Shown: positions 47,621 through 56,269 of the stretch, piece after piece
How the letters are laid out: each line of letters opens with the position of its first letter
Numbering within the stretch: the stretch's first letter is position 1
Virus record (IMG/VR): IMGVR_UViG_3300047444_000174
Strand: one strand, 5' to 3'
Length of the DNA stretch: 64,000 bases
Origin: an uncultured virus (IMG/VR IMGVR_UViG_3300047444_000174)
Taxonomy: Duplodnaviria; Heunggongvirae; Uroviricota; Caudoviricetes
Program-made: the position numbers and the translations under genes
Notes under the pieces: generated by a model
Databases searched by the model: none
The model's input: the letters and a program-made list of their open reading frames with translations, nothing else
What the model was told of the DNA's origin: nothing

Positions 47621-47777
47621 TTGCGCTCCTTCCAAAACCCAGTTAGCCCGTCTTTTAATTGCCGCTCTGCCGCTTCTCCGAATACCTTGCGCATGTCGGC
47701 CAGATACTCACGGCGCTGCGGTAATGTCCATTCGGCGATTTCTTCGATTACCTCGCGTAGCCGCGCCGAGTCGTGAA

Positions 47778-48674
47778 TCATTCATCGGCCCAGTCCGTCC
47801 CGACCTTCTCCGGAATGAATATCTCTGTCGTGAGTCCGCTTAATGCGAGGCGATTCGCAAGCGCGAAGGCTGCGCTCTGGCCGGTATAGTTGGCGTCGTT
47901 ATCGCCAAAGACGATCACGTGCTTGACGCCTTCCGGCACTTCCCAATCGCGCATACCACCAGCGGAGATTGCGGCCCACGTCGGCACGTCGAATCGCACG
48001 GACGCCCGCAGCGCGGTTTCGATCCCTTCGGCAATCCCAAGGCACTCGTACACTTCAGTCAGGCGTATGGCGCCGGTTTTGATCGTGCCGGCCATGACCT
48101 TCTTCGGCTCGCCGACCGGGGCCTTGCCGCCGTTCCCATCCAGCCAGGTGCGATGCATGGTCGATGCCTTGCCGTCCGGCATCGTCACCGTGGCGAGCAT
48201 CGCCGGGAATGAATGCGTTGCGTCATAGCGAAGATTCGGGTGATATCGAATCGCGCTCGAGACAGTCTCGATGCCGGTTCGGCGGTTCAGATAGGCCCAC
48301 ACCGGATCGCCCTGGGTTACTGGCTTGGATTCGGTCCAGGCCCGCTTCAATGCCGCGCGCTTCTGCTCATCGCTGAACTCCTGGCGAGGACCGTCCTGTT
48401 TCGAGACACCCAGGACGCGCTCAACTTCGCGGGCAGCCTGCACAAATGACCAACCGTTGAGTTTCTGGATCAGCGCAAAGCCATCGCCGGCACCATCGTT
48501 CGAGCAAAACCACGTACCGCGCCCGTCTTTGTTGTCAAACCTCCAGCGGTCTTTCCCGCCGCATAGCGGGCAAGGACCGTGCTTCTTCGACAGGAACTCA
48601 GGAGCGATGCCCAGCGACGTCAGAATCGATTCCCAACGTCCCACGCACAGGTCGCCGATCTTTTCACTACGCAT
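47778..48674 (-). CDS. DNA primase (P4-alpha-type Zn finger plus TOPRIM)
   Basis: HGPCPLCGGKDR.RFD, AEGIETA, FGDND. Confidence 0.9.
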   Translation of the reverse strand: MRSEKIGDLCVGRWESILTSLGIAPEFLSKKHGPCPLCGGKDRWRFDNKDGRGTWFCSNDGAGDGFALIQKLNGWSFVQAAREVERVLGVSKQDGPRQEFSDEQKRAALKRAWTESKPVTQGDPVWAYLNRRTGIETVSSAIRYHPNLRYDATHSFPAMLATVTMPDGKASTMHRTWLDGNGGKAPVGEPKKVMAGTIKTGAIRLTEVYECLGIAEGIETALRASVRFDVPTWAAISAGGMRDWEVPEGVKHVIVFGDNDANYTGQSAAFALANRLALSGLTTEIFIPEKVGTDWADE

Positions 48675-50322
48675 GCTTCATCCCCTTGGCGAAAGCGATG
48701 TTGCGGGACTGGATGAATTTCTTCGTTTCGGCGGACGGCTCACAAGCGAGGTGCGTCATGCTGTTCGGCCACACGCCGTAGCGGTCGCGGTAGACGTGTG
48801 CAACGCGACCGTCCGACCATCCCTTCATCGACTGGTAGCCGAGCAGTTCGGAATAGAACTGCTGCTTTTCGGCCATCGTCGCTTTGACCTTCTTCGCGCC
48901 ACGCTCCTGCTTGACGAGCTCGCCGTCTGCAGCGTGGATCGTGTTTTGTTTTTCCGGTGCGAAGCCGCATTGCGGGCACTTGTGCGCCGTCTTCATGAAC
49001 GAGCATTTCCCGCAAGCTGTCGGCAGCTTTTCTTCTTTCTTCTTCGACGTCGATTGCTTTTTCGGCTTGCCGTCGTCCAGCTCGAGCGGCAGATCGTCAG
49101 TCGGGAAGCCTAGGTGTTTCACGGTGCCAGAGTGGTCAAGAATCAGAGCCCGCGTCTTGCCTTCAGACGGGCGCAATACGCGGCCCGCCATCTGCACGTA
49201 GCGGATCAGGCTTTTCGTCGGGCGGGCCAGAATCAGGGTTCGGCAGAAGGGCGCATCCCAGCCTTCGGCGAGCAGCGAAGCGTTGCTGATGATGGTCGTT
49301 TGACCGCTCTCAAAGCGTTTCAGGGCATCGCGGCGGGCGTCCGTGTCGTCGTAGCAATCGATGTGCTCCGCACTTACGCCGGCAGCAAGGAACTGCTCGA
49401 CGATGTGCTTGCTGTGGGCGATGTTGGATGCGAAGACGACCGTAGGCGTACCCTTCGCGAGGCGCATCCAGTGCGAGACGATATCGCCGATCAGTTCTGG
49501 CTTGTCGGTCGCGTTGCCGACGTCCATGTCCGAAAAGTCGAGTTCGCCGAACTTGTTGCGAACCTGCTTGATGCCGGTCATGTCCGGTTCGGACGGCGCG
49601 TAGATATCGCAGTCGACCAGGAATCCTTCGTCGATCAGTTCGCGGATGCTCGACGCGACGACCATGCGTTCGAACAGCGGGCCGCCGAGCTTGTCGTAGA
49701 CCTTGCCCAGACCTTTGGCGAAGGGCGACGCAGACAGGCCGATGACGGGCTTCCCGGCGAACGTTTCGATGATGCCGCGGTATTCCTTCGAACCGGCGAC
49801 ACCGTGCGCCTCGTCGATGATGATGAAATCGACGTCGGGGATGCCGCGCTTCGCGATGGTCTGGATCGAGCAAACCAGCACGTGTTCATACTCGCGGCGG
49901 CTGTTTTGCCCCTGAATCACACCGTGCGAGATGCCGTACTTGTTGAAGGTGCGTGATGCTTGCTCGACGAGCTGGATGCGGTTAGCGAGGAACGCAACGC
50001 GCTTGCCCTTGAGCCGCGCACCCTTGACCAAGCCAACGGACAAGGCGGTCTTGCCGCAGCCGGTCGGGCCGTAGAGCATCTGGCGCAGGTAACCCTCTCC
50101 CAAGCCAAGGCGCAGGGCTTGAATCGCAGCGGCCTGATACGGGCGCAGTTCGAGTTCGGCCGCCGCTACAGTGGTAGTAGTAAGGTTAGTAGTTACTCCT
50201 TGGCTAGGTGTAGTTAATCCATTCCCTTCCCTTCCATTCCCTTCCGTCCATGAAGACTCAAAGATTGCTCCGTGAGTATCGTAGGAGTACTCATTGACCG
50301 CGTGATTAAAAAGAGCATTCAT
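48667..50322 (-). CDS. SF2 DEAH helicase with C-terminal Zn ribbon
   Basis: LRPYQ, PTGCGKT, DEAH, SASP, QMAGRVLR, CxxC-CxxC. Confidence 0.92.
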   Translation of the reverse strand: MNALFNHAVNEYSYDTHGAIFESSWTEGNGREGNGLTTPSQGVTTNLTTTTVAAAELELRPYQAAAIQALRLGLGEGYLRQMLYGPTGCGKTALSVGLVKGARLKGKRVAFLANRIQLVEQASRTFNKYGISHGVIQGQNSRREYEHVLVCSIQTIAKRGIPDVDFIIIDEAHGVAGSKEYRGIIETFAGKPVIGLSASPFAKGLGKVYDKLGGPLFERMVVASSIRELIDEGFLVDCDIYAPSEPDMTGIKQVRNKFGELDFSDMDVGNATDKPELIGDIVSHWMRLAKGTPTVVFASNIAHSKHIVEQFLAAGVSAEHIDCYDDTDARRDALKRFESGQTTIISNASLLAEGWDAPFCRTLILARPTKSLIRYVQMAGRVLRPSEGKTRALILDHSGTVKHLGFPTDDLPLELDDGKPKKQSTSKKKEEKLPTACGKCSFMKTAHKCPQCGFAPEKQNTIHAADGELVKQERGAKKVKATMAEKQQFYSELLGYQSMKGWSDGRVAHVYRDRYGVWPNSMTHLACEPSAETKKFIQSRNIAFAKGMKHA

Positions 50323-50452
50323 TTCACTGAAATTCCGGTGTGGGGATCGCCGACTTAGAGGGGCGATTGATGACTTGATGTTTCTTGAATCCGTGAATAT
50401 GGAGAAAAATCTCTCCATCACTCACTGAGTACTCACTGAGCAATCCGTGAGT
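50268..50452. repeat. Iteron-like repeats (candidate origin)
   Basis: ACTCACTGAG at 50420 and 50431; TCCGTGAGT at 50269 and 50444; GAGTACTCA at 50285 and 50427. Confidence 0.5.
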
Positions 50453-50656
50453 TAGCAACTCTTGAATGAGCTTGTCGCAGTCGAGCGAATCTGCCGGAAA
50501 AATCTGCATCTTCAGCTTCTTTGCCGAGCGCTGAAGATTGCCGTTGTCGTCTGCGAAATTCCAGCAACCGATGAACAGCAAGCGCGCCCCGAACGACAAC
50601 TCGACGATCTTCTCGTCAGTCCAAAAGTCCGGCTTGATCGTGCGGATGCGAGCCAC
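50324..50656 (-). CDS. Replication initiator N-terminal domain
   Basis: MARIRTIKPDFWTDEK...FADD.G...F.KHQ.INRPS. Confidence 0.8.
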   Translation of the reverse strand: MARIRTIKPDFWTDEKIVELSFGARLLFIGCWNFADDNGNLQRSAKKLKMQIFPADSLDCDKLIQELLTHGLLSEYSVSDGEIFLHIHGFKKHQVINRPSKSAIPTPEFQ

Positions 50657-50659
50657 TAA

Positions 50660-50846
50660 CTACCCCTTCAATTTGCCAACACAAGCCGTAGCCGTCACAT
50701 CGCGCAGATACGCCGCGATCTCGGCCTTGAGTTCCTTGCCCAACTGCATCCGCACCTCGATCGCCGATGCGACGGTGATGCGGGCTATGAGTTCGTTGAT
50801 GGCGAACAACGACAGATCAAGCGCTCGAGAATCGGATGCGTTCATT
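50660..50846 (-). CDS. Hypothetical protein
   Basis: ORF between CII-like and initiator genes. Confidence 0.5.
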
Positions 50847-50930
50847 GCGTTCTCACGATCAGTTCGCAGGAGGCCCATACGATCAGACAGCACAGGCAGA
50901 AAAGGGACGTAAAGAAGATCAGAGCTCGCA

Positions 50931-51284
50931 TTAAGCCGCCCTCGCTGCCGCAAGTTGTTCCTCGAGTTGCCGGATCTTGGCGTCTTTCGACTCCACCAGA
51001 TCACAGCCCGCATTCATTGCCTCGTACTGGACCGGAGCGCGGTTCCCGCACAGCCGCATGAGCGCCAGCCGCTTGTGAGTCGGGAACCCCGCCTGGCCCT
51101 GCATCATGCGAGAGAAATGCCCTTTGTCGATTGACAGTTCCTTGCTGATGTACTCGTGCGTGAATCGACTCAGTTGAATGCACAACCGGATCGCATCCAG
51201 CTCGTCGTCGCACATGTTCAAAAGCTCGACCGGAACGTTCTGAAGCTTCTTAGGCTCACCATGAACTGCCAATTCGCGTTGCAT
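50931..51284 (-). CDS. CII-like transcriptional regulator
   Basis: Position after cro; HTH (ISKELSIDKGHFSRM), LCGN. Confidence 0.65.
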   Translation of the reverse strand: MQRELAVHGEPKKLQNVPVELLNMCDDELDAIRLCIQLSRFTHEYISKELSIDKGHFSRMMQGQAGFPTHKRLALMRLCGNRAPVQYEAMNAGCDLVESKDAKIRQLEEQLAAARAA

Positions 51285-51427
51285 TTGATTTCCCTTGTTG
51301 AGGGTTGACTGGAGTTGACGGTCCCTGATAAACAAAAATGGAGTCATATCAACGCACTCCATTTCTTGAACCGGCCCAACTTATGAACAACCCCCAACTG
51401 CTTGGTTATGTGTTGTTGTTAAACTGC

Positions 51428-51763
51428 TTAGTCGCGCCGCTTTGCTTCCTTGGTTTTCCGACTCGACGCCCCGCCCGGATTGTTTTGGGCGTCGTCGCTG
51501 GCCTTGACTCGCTCTACAATGTCGCTATCGGCGATCGACTGCGCCGAGCTGCGGATGTAGGCCCAATCGACATCGGGGCGCAGGTCTTCGACACGAACCG
51601 CACCCGCAGAAGCCTTCTCGATCTCAATGGCCAAAGACTCAGCACACCGACGTTGCTTGTAGGCGATCTGCCAGAGATATGCGACGGAGGTTCCGACCTT
51701 AGTGGCGAACGCATCGCGCTCGACCTTGGCCAGTCCTTTGAAGTAGGTGTGAAAGGTATCCAT
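51428..51763 (-). CDS. cro: Cro-like repressor (YdaS type)
   Basis: FA.KVGTS..YL.QI, IE.AS.G.V...DLRPD.DW; divergent from cI. Confidence 0.85.
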   Translation of the reverse strand: MDTFHTYFKGLAKVERDAFATKVGTSVAYLWQIAYKQRRCAESLAIEIEKASAGAVRVEDLRPDVDWAYIRSSAQSIADSDIVERVKASDDAQNNPGGASSRKTKEAKRRD

Positions 51764-51771
51764 GGGTTTAA

Positions 51772-51844
51772 CGATAGCATTTGCTCTCGCAAAGCGCAAG
51801 CACTTGCTCGCAAAACAATAGGATTTGCTATCACAGCAAATGCT
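51772..51844. promoter_or_regulatory. OR operators (four AGCANNTGCT-type palindromes) and pR
   Basis: AGCATTTGCT 51776, AGCACTTGCT 51799, AGGATTTGCT 51820, AGCAAATGCT 51835; minus-strand TTGCGC-17-TATCGT. Confidence 0.75.
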
Positions 51845-51866
51845 AGTTTTCGGGTTTAATTTGGCC

Positions 51867-52664
51867 ATGGATATCCACGCACATCGCCGGAACAGGCTCC
51901 AAGAGCTTGTCGACAAAGAGGCAGACGGAACGGCCGCAGAATTTGCACGGAAACATAATCTGGACGCAACGCGGATCAGGCAGCTCTTAAGCGCTACCTA
52001 TCGCAACGGAAGAGGCTTTGGAGAGGGGGCAGCAAGAAATCTCGAGACGGCACTCGGGCTTGACCACCCTTACTTCGACTTGGGGCTTGAGAGCGCTATT
52101 GCCTCTCAGCATATTTCCAATATTTCCGATGCATCAATCAGCGCACTAAACACGGGCAACATTGGTCAATCAAAAAGCGCAGTCGCCGTTAGTCTGGATG
52201 AAGGAGACCTACCCAATCCAACATCCGATGAGTTCGCTTTCGTGCCCCAATTAGATATCGCCGCGGCCTGCGGCAACGGCCGGTTTGAAGACCATGTGGT
52301 AGTCAAGGGTGGAATGGCGTTCAAGCGCTCGAAGCTGCGCGAACTGGGCGTTCCAGAAAACGCCGCGAGACTTATTGTCGCCGCCGGCGGGAGCATGTGG
52401 CCAAAGATTCAGGACGGACGTGACGTCCTCATAAATACCGCAGATATCGAGCCCGAGGATGGCAAGGTCTACGCTATATGTATGCCGCATGATGGGCTCG
52501 TATTGAAGCGCCTTGTATGGGAATATCACCCGCAGGTCGGCGCGGAAGTTTGGGTCATCAAGAGCGACAATCCGGACAAGACCACCTTCCCCGACAAGAT
52601 TCTGCCGCCCGACGATCGGACGCGCATCGCTGGACGTGCGGTTTGGACGGACAGCGTGCTTTAG
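51867..52664 (+). CDS. cI: CI repressor (HTH plus S24 autoprotease)
   Basis: ACG cleavage site, GGSM.P (Ser), LKRL (Lys), SDN. Confidence 0.92.
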   Translation: MDIHAHRRNRLQELVDKEADGTAAEFARKHNLDATRIRQLLSATYRNGRGFGEGAARNLETALGLDHPYFDLGLESAIASQHISNISDASISALNTGNIGQSKSAVAVSLDEGDLPNPTSDEFAFVPQLDIAAACGNGRFEDHVVVKGGMAFKRSKLRELGVPENAARLIVAAGGSMWPKIQDGRDVLINTADIEPEDGKVYAICMPHDGLVLKRLVWEYHPQVGAEVWVIKSDNPDKTTFPDKILPPDDRTRIAGRAVWTDSVL

Positions 52665-52767
52665 TCCATTTTTGGACGCTAGGCTATGGCAGGCCTCTAT
52701 AGAAAATGCAGAACTCACGCGTATAATGAGTGTCGTACCAACCATCAACCACCAACCGGAGAAAGCA

Positions 52768-52986
52768 ATGAAGGAACTGCTGGACGTCTTGGCTGGCGTT
52801 GGTTCCGCTCTGAACGCATTCGGCTCTGTGCCGCAGTATGACGTTCCCCGCAGGGGCGATCAGGCGCGCGATTTCGCCTTGATCGGAGGGGATATTCGTC
52901 GCGCTACAGATCGAGTCGAAAAAACAGCACACAAAGCACTGACAGAGCGCAATGGGACGACAAACAACCGCACAGGTGAAAGGTAA
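52768..52986 (+). CDS. Immunity-region small protein
   Basis: GGAG RBS; TATAAT at 52722. Confidence 0.6.
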   Translation: MKELLDVLAGVGSALNAFGSVPQYDVPRRGDQARDFALIGGDIRRATDRVEKTAHKALTERNGTTNNRTGER

Positions 52987-53353
52987 GGATCACAGCCTGA
53001 CCGTTTCTCATCATGAAACGGATGCGCCGCTCTTGCCGATGGTGCAGATCGAGCGCCTCAAAGAGATCCTTCCCGATAAAGTAGATTGGGTTTTTGAGCA
53101 GGCCAAGGCAGAGGGTGATTTCCGCCGCAGTGAAACGAGCCGCGTGAACTGGTTCAAGTTCATTGATCGTATGGCCGGCATCGTGTCCGGGTTTTTAATT
53201 GGGGTCATCGGATTAGGCGTCGCCGCCTATCTGTCAATGCATGGCCATGACACCGTGGCCGGCATAATCGGCGGAACAACCGTCGTGGGCTTAGTGTCCG
53301 TGTTTGTGATTGGCCAGATTAAAGCCCCATCTCAACGCCAGAACAATAAGTAA
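52952..53353 (+). CDS. DUF2335-like two-TM membrane protein
   Basis: PL.P...ERL.EI.P...D..F..A..E..FR followed by two TM helices. Confidence 0.7.
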   Translation: MGRQTTAQVKGKDHSLTVSHHETDAPLLPMVQIERLKEILPDKVDWVFEQAKAEGDFRRSETSRVNWFKFIDRMAGIVSGFLIGVIGLGVAAYLSMHGHDTVAGIIGGTTVVGLVSVFVIGQIKAPSQRQNNK

Positions 53354-53356
53354 TCG

Positions 53357-53380
53357 AAGCCCAGCCCCGCTGGGCTTTTT
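53357..53380 (+). terminator. Rho-independent terminator
   Basis: AAGCCCAGC-ccc-GCTGGGCTT followed by T-run. Confidence 0.7.
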
Positions 53381-53580
53381 CATTTCCGCCTCTGCGCGAA
53401 CCCCTCCCTCCACAACGTAGCGCCGACTGACGTCAATAGCGCCAGGTCGTCTCCCTCGAACCTCTCCCAGTTCTCTGCCAGCCAGCCCGCGAAGCCTGCG
53501 CACGCCTCATCAAGCGGCACGTCAGCTCGGCCTTCGATGTTCAGCCGCTCGAAGATGGTGATTACGTCTGCTGGCGTCAT
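53380..53580 (-). CDS. Small hypothetical protein
   Basis: AGGAG RBS. Confidence 0.6.
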   Translation of the reverse strand: MTPADVITIFERLNIEGRADVPLDEACAGFAGWLAENWERFEGDDLALLTSVGATLWREGFAQRRK

Positions 53581-53648
53581 ATCTAGCTCCTATCCAACTC
53601 CCAGTCTAGCCCCGTAGGCAGCGATAAAAAAATTTATCAACAAGCGAT

Positions 53649-53686
53649 AGCTTTTGCTTGCGTTAAACGAGAGCGTTTGCTATTGT
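53649..53686 (+). promoter_or_regulatory. pL promoter with two OL operators
   Basis: TTGCGT-17-TATTGT; AGCTTTTGCT 53649 and AGCGTTTGCT 53672 match the OR consensus. Confidence 0.78.
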
Positions 53687-53737
53687 TCATCCATCGAAGC
53701 AAGCAACACCGCACCAACCACTAACCGGAGAGCGAGC

Positions 53738-53965
53738 ATGAGCCAGAACGCACGTACGCAGGGGATCGCAGCATTCAATGATGTAGCGAAGCCGGTGTAC
53801 CAGAATCCGTACGCTTTCTCTGCAGACCCGAATTCCGACTATGAGCAGTTTCGCCTTGGATATTTCGTGGCGCGGCACGAAGGCCATCAAAGCGTTATCC
53901 AAAACATGCGCGGCGCGGAACTGCCAGCCGGATACATCAAAGGGTCGCAGCGTTACACCGCATAA
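53738..53965 (+). CDS. First pL gene, hypothetical
   Basis: GGAG RBS; NPY...F..GY motif. Confidence 0.7.
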   Translation: MSQNARTQGIAAFNDVAKPVYQNPYAFSADPNSDYEQFRLGYFVARHEGHQSVIQNMRGAELPAGYIKGSQRYTA

Positions 53966-54006
53966 AGCTCAAAACCGCCGCAGAGCACCGCGGCAACAGG
54001 AAGGAA

Positions 54007-54109
54007 GGTCGAAACCCGGGCCAAACCTAGTGCATGAGTGCACACGCTATAGGCGAGTACCTAACAGTACGCACCCGGGTCTGAGCGTAACGCGCTCACT
54101 GACGAGACC
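54007..54109 (+). ncRNA. Hammerhead ribozyme, type II
   Basis: GGTC-GAAA-CCCGGG...CCCGGG-TC-TGAGCG/CGCTCA-CTGACGA-GACC: full catalytic core and all three stems. Confidence 0.9.
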
Positions 54110-54164
54110 GTGAATAACCGCAGTAGAGGAACACAGGCGCACGGCGTCGCCTGGTGGGGCAAGA

Positions 54165-54175
54165 GATCTTTAACA
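54165..54175 (+). promoter_or_regulatory. boxA-like antitermination element
   Basis: GATCTTTAACA versus consensus GCTCTTTAACA, in the pL leader. Confidence 0.55.
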
Positions 54176-54177
54176 AC

Positions 54178-54857
54178 GTAGTGGTTTGAGTTTGATCAGA
54201 GCTGGCGGCTTGTGTCCGTACGCGGAACATGACGAGCAGTTGGCCATGATAGTCGCCAGCCCTGATCACATTCGAACCACTGCAACAGAAGGCATACCAG
54301 TAATGGCGGGGCCAACGCGCTACCCCGGAAAAGATCGGCGCCTATCAGTGATCCGCCTGGTCGACAGATTCGACTATAGAACGGATCGCTGATTGATAAC
54401 CGCCGCACCTAGGCCGGAGCCAGCATAGCTGGGAGTAGTCGGATTGGTGCGGCAAAGCAGTTTTTCGTGAATGGCGTTGTGCGGCGTGGAGTGACACGCA
54501 CAGTAGGCGTAGAAGGCGTTGCCCGCTTGCGGCCAATGTGCATCGCATGCGGGGCGTTGGAGCCGAAGACACCCGGGTGGAGCTTAAGTGCTTTGAAGCT
54601 GCGGGGCATACAGAGCTGGGCTGGTGACCCAGACACAGCGCCATTCACGAAGAGCTGCAGCATTGAGGCGAGAGCATTGAACTCCCTGCATAGCTGAGTA
54701 TCTGCTGTAGCGAACCGCGAGACCGCGTTCTCGTGCAGTAACTCCGGCTCATAGGCTCCCTGCACAGTACCAGTGCTCTTTCTTGAATGCTGAAGCTTCT
54801 AGCGATTCTCCTTACGGTTGCCGATTCTCGCGAGTCGGTAGCGATAAGGGGAATTGC
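54178..54857 (+). ncRNA. Tandem array of helix-closed structured RNA domains
   Basis: 33-bp, 12-bp, 8-bp, 25-bp, about 22-bp and long-hairpin stems with + strand G.U pairs; no credible ORF. Confidence 0.7.
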
Positions 54858-54909
54858 GCATCGGCGTATTGACGCCTGTTAGTACAACGAATTGGATCAG
54901 GAGACTGAA

Positions 54910-55122
54910 ATGAGCAAATGGTTCGAAGTGAACGTTACGACTTGGAAGCGGGTGCTCGTCGAAGTCGAGGATGACGAGACCGCAGAAGACGCCGTTGATA
55001 TCGCTGTCAACGAGCATTTGATCGGCAAAGACGGCGAAGCATCTGCGCATAGCGACGAACCGCTGGATGGCCTGAAGCTGGCAAGCGCACGGCGCCATGC
55101 AGACGAAGTAATGACGCTTTAG
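54910..55122 (+). CDS. Small acidic protein
   Basis: AGGAG RBS; V.VE....AEDA. Confidence 0.7.
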   Translation: MSKWFEVNVTTWKRVLVEVEDDETAEDAVDIAVNEHLIGKDGEASAHSDEPLDGLKLASARRHADEVMTL

Positions 55123-55274
55123 GAGCCCACTATGTTCTACAGCGACTATGGAATCCGTGTCTACCAGAGACGCGCATCCAACTACATTTTGCGTTTCGCG
55201 GCGCACTTCGACCAGTACCTGAATGCGCGATTTGTCCGCTCGATCGGCTACGACGAAATCTGCTGGTGCTGACC

Positions 55275-55493
55275 ATGACCACCTCAGACGCATGGCGCAA
55301 CCGCCCCCTCACAGTTCGCACCCTCGAGCACTGCGATAGCTGCGGCACGTTGAAGGAAGACGTCAAGCAGCGCGAGGCAGCTAACTACTACCCGCGCTGG
55401 TCGATCAAGCTCAAATCGTGCGTCGGCTGTTTTGAGGCGGCCAAGTCCAAGGCTAGTGCCGAGGCGGTCAACGAGATTTATGGCTACTGCTGA
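55275..55493 (+). CDS. Zn-finger-like small protein
   Basis: CDSC...CVGC. Confidence 0.6.
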   Translation: MTTSDAWRNRPLTVRTLEHCDSCGTLKEDVKQREAANYYPRWSIKLKSCVGCFEAAKSKASAEAVNEIYGYC

Positions 55494-55542
55494 CTCACAA
55501 ACGCATCACGAACCCGCTTCACGACTCATATACGAGGCAATT

Positions 55543-55683
55543 ATGAACATCAACATTCACTACGTCTGGGCCGGGATCATCGCCTGGAGCGCGCTGTCAT
55601 TGCTTGCGACGGCCTTCATCCGCGGCGCCAGCGACCGACTCGATGATTCGCCGAAGCGGAAAACTAAGTTGGGGGTGCAGTGA
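55543..55683 (+). CDS. Small single-TM protein
   Basis: GAGG RBS; hydrophobic helix. Confidence 0.5.
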   Translation: MNINIHYVWAGIIAWSALSLLATAFIRGASDRLDDSPKRKTKLGVQ

Positions 55684-55952
55684 TGGCTGATCAATTGAAA
55701 GTCTGGTGGATTCCGCAGATCCCCGGCGCGTCGTTCGAAGTGCGGGTCGCCAGCGTGGACGAGGCGAAGAAGATTCTGACCGTGCTGGCCGACTACGACA
55801 TTTTCCAGTACGAGAACCGCATCAAGGGCGACTACTGCAATGCGGGTGGCCTGGTGACGCTGGAAGACGGCGAGTGGACCGACTGGGAAAACGACGAAGG
55901 CGACAGCATCGACGACGTTATGCGGGAGGAAGCATGCGACCAACAGAGCTAG
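55683..55952 (+). CDS. P22 gp17-like protein (superinfection-exclusion related)
   Basis: LKVWWIPQIP...F.V.V.S..EA...L..YD.FQYEN.IK.DY.N.GGL...EW.DW. Confidence 0.78.
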   Translation: MADQLKVWWIPQIPGASFEVRVASVDEAKKILTVLADYDIFQYENRIKGDYCNAGGLVTLEDGEWTDWENDEGDSIDDVMREEACDQQS

Positions 55953-56117
55953 ATGACTGGGCCTACTGGGCTGAAGTCGCCAACGAAGTGATGGGCGGAC
56001 AGAAGCAGGGCGAATGGCTCGCCTGGCTTCGCTTCAGAGGGAAGGTGCTGGGGCCGTTTGATTGATCAAGAGAAGCCAGCGCGGCTCCAACAGCGCCTAT
56101 CCGGGTGGGATGCCAGG

Positions 56118-56236
56118 GCCCTGATGGCTAGGTAGCGTGGAGCTTAGGCGGGTGAAGGTAGTTAAGTAAGCCGCCGATCTGAGAAGCGCTTGAAAACTGG
56201 CAGATATGACAGGCTGCCGGTCCTAGCCATGAGGGC
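56118..56236 (+). ncRNA. Helix-closed multibranch RNA domain
   Basis: GCCCTGATGGCTAGG/CCTAGCCATGAGGGC closing stem with internal stems. Confidence 0.5.
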
Positions 56237-56269
56237 GTAACAAACCTTCAACTATTGAGGATGCCTAAC

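Noticed and set aside
49114..49956. 280-aa + strand ORF
   Set aside because: Antisense shadow of the helicase.
54186..54765. Several short ORFs on both strands in the pL leader
   Set aside because: Weak starts, no RBS or coupling; the region is better explained by strand-specific RNA helices.
56179..56222. Second hammerhead (CTGAGAA...GAAAA...GTC)
   Set aside because: Core is CUGAGAA rather than CUGANGA, there is an extra A, and stems I and II cannot form properly.
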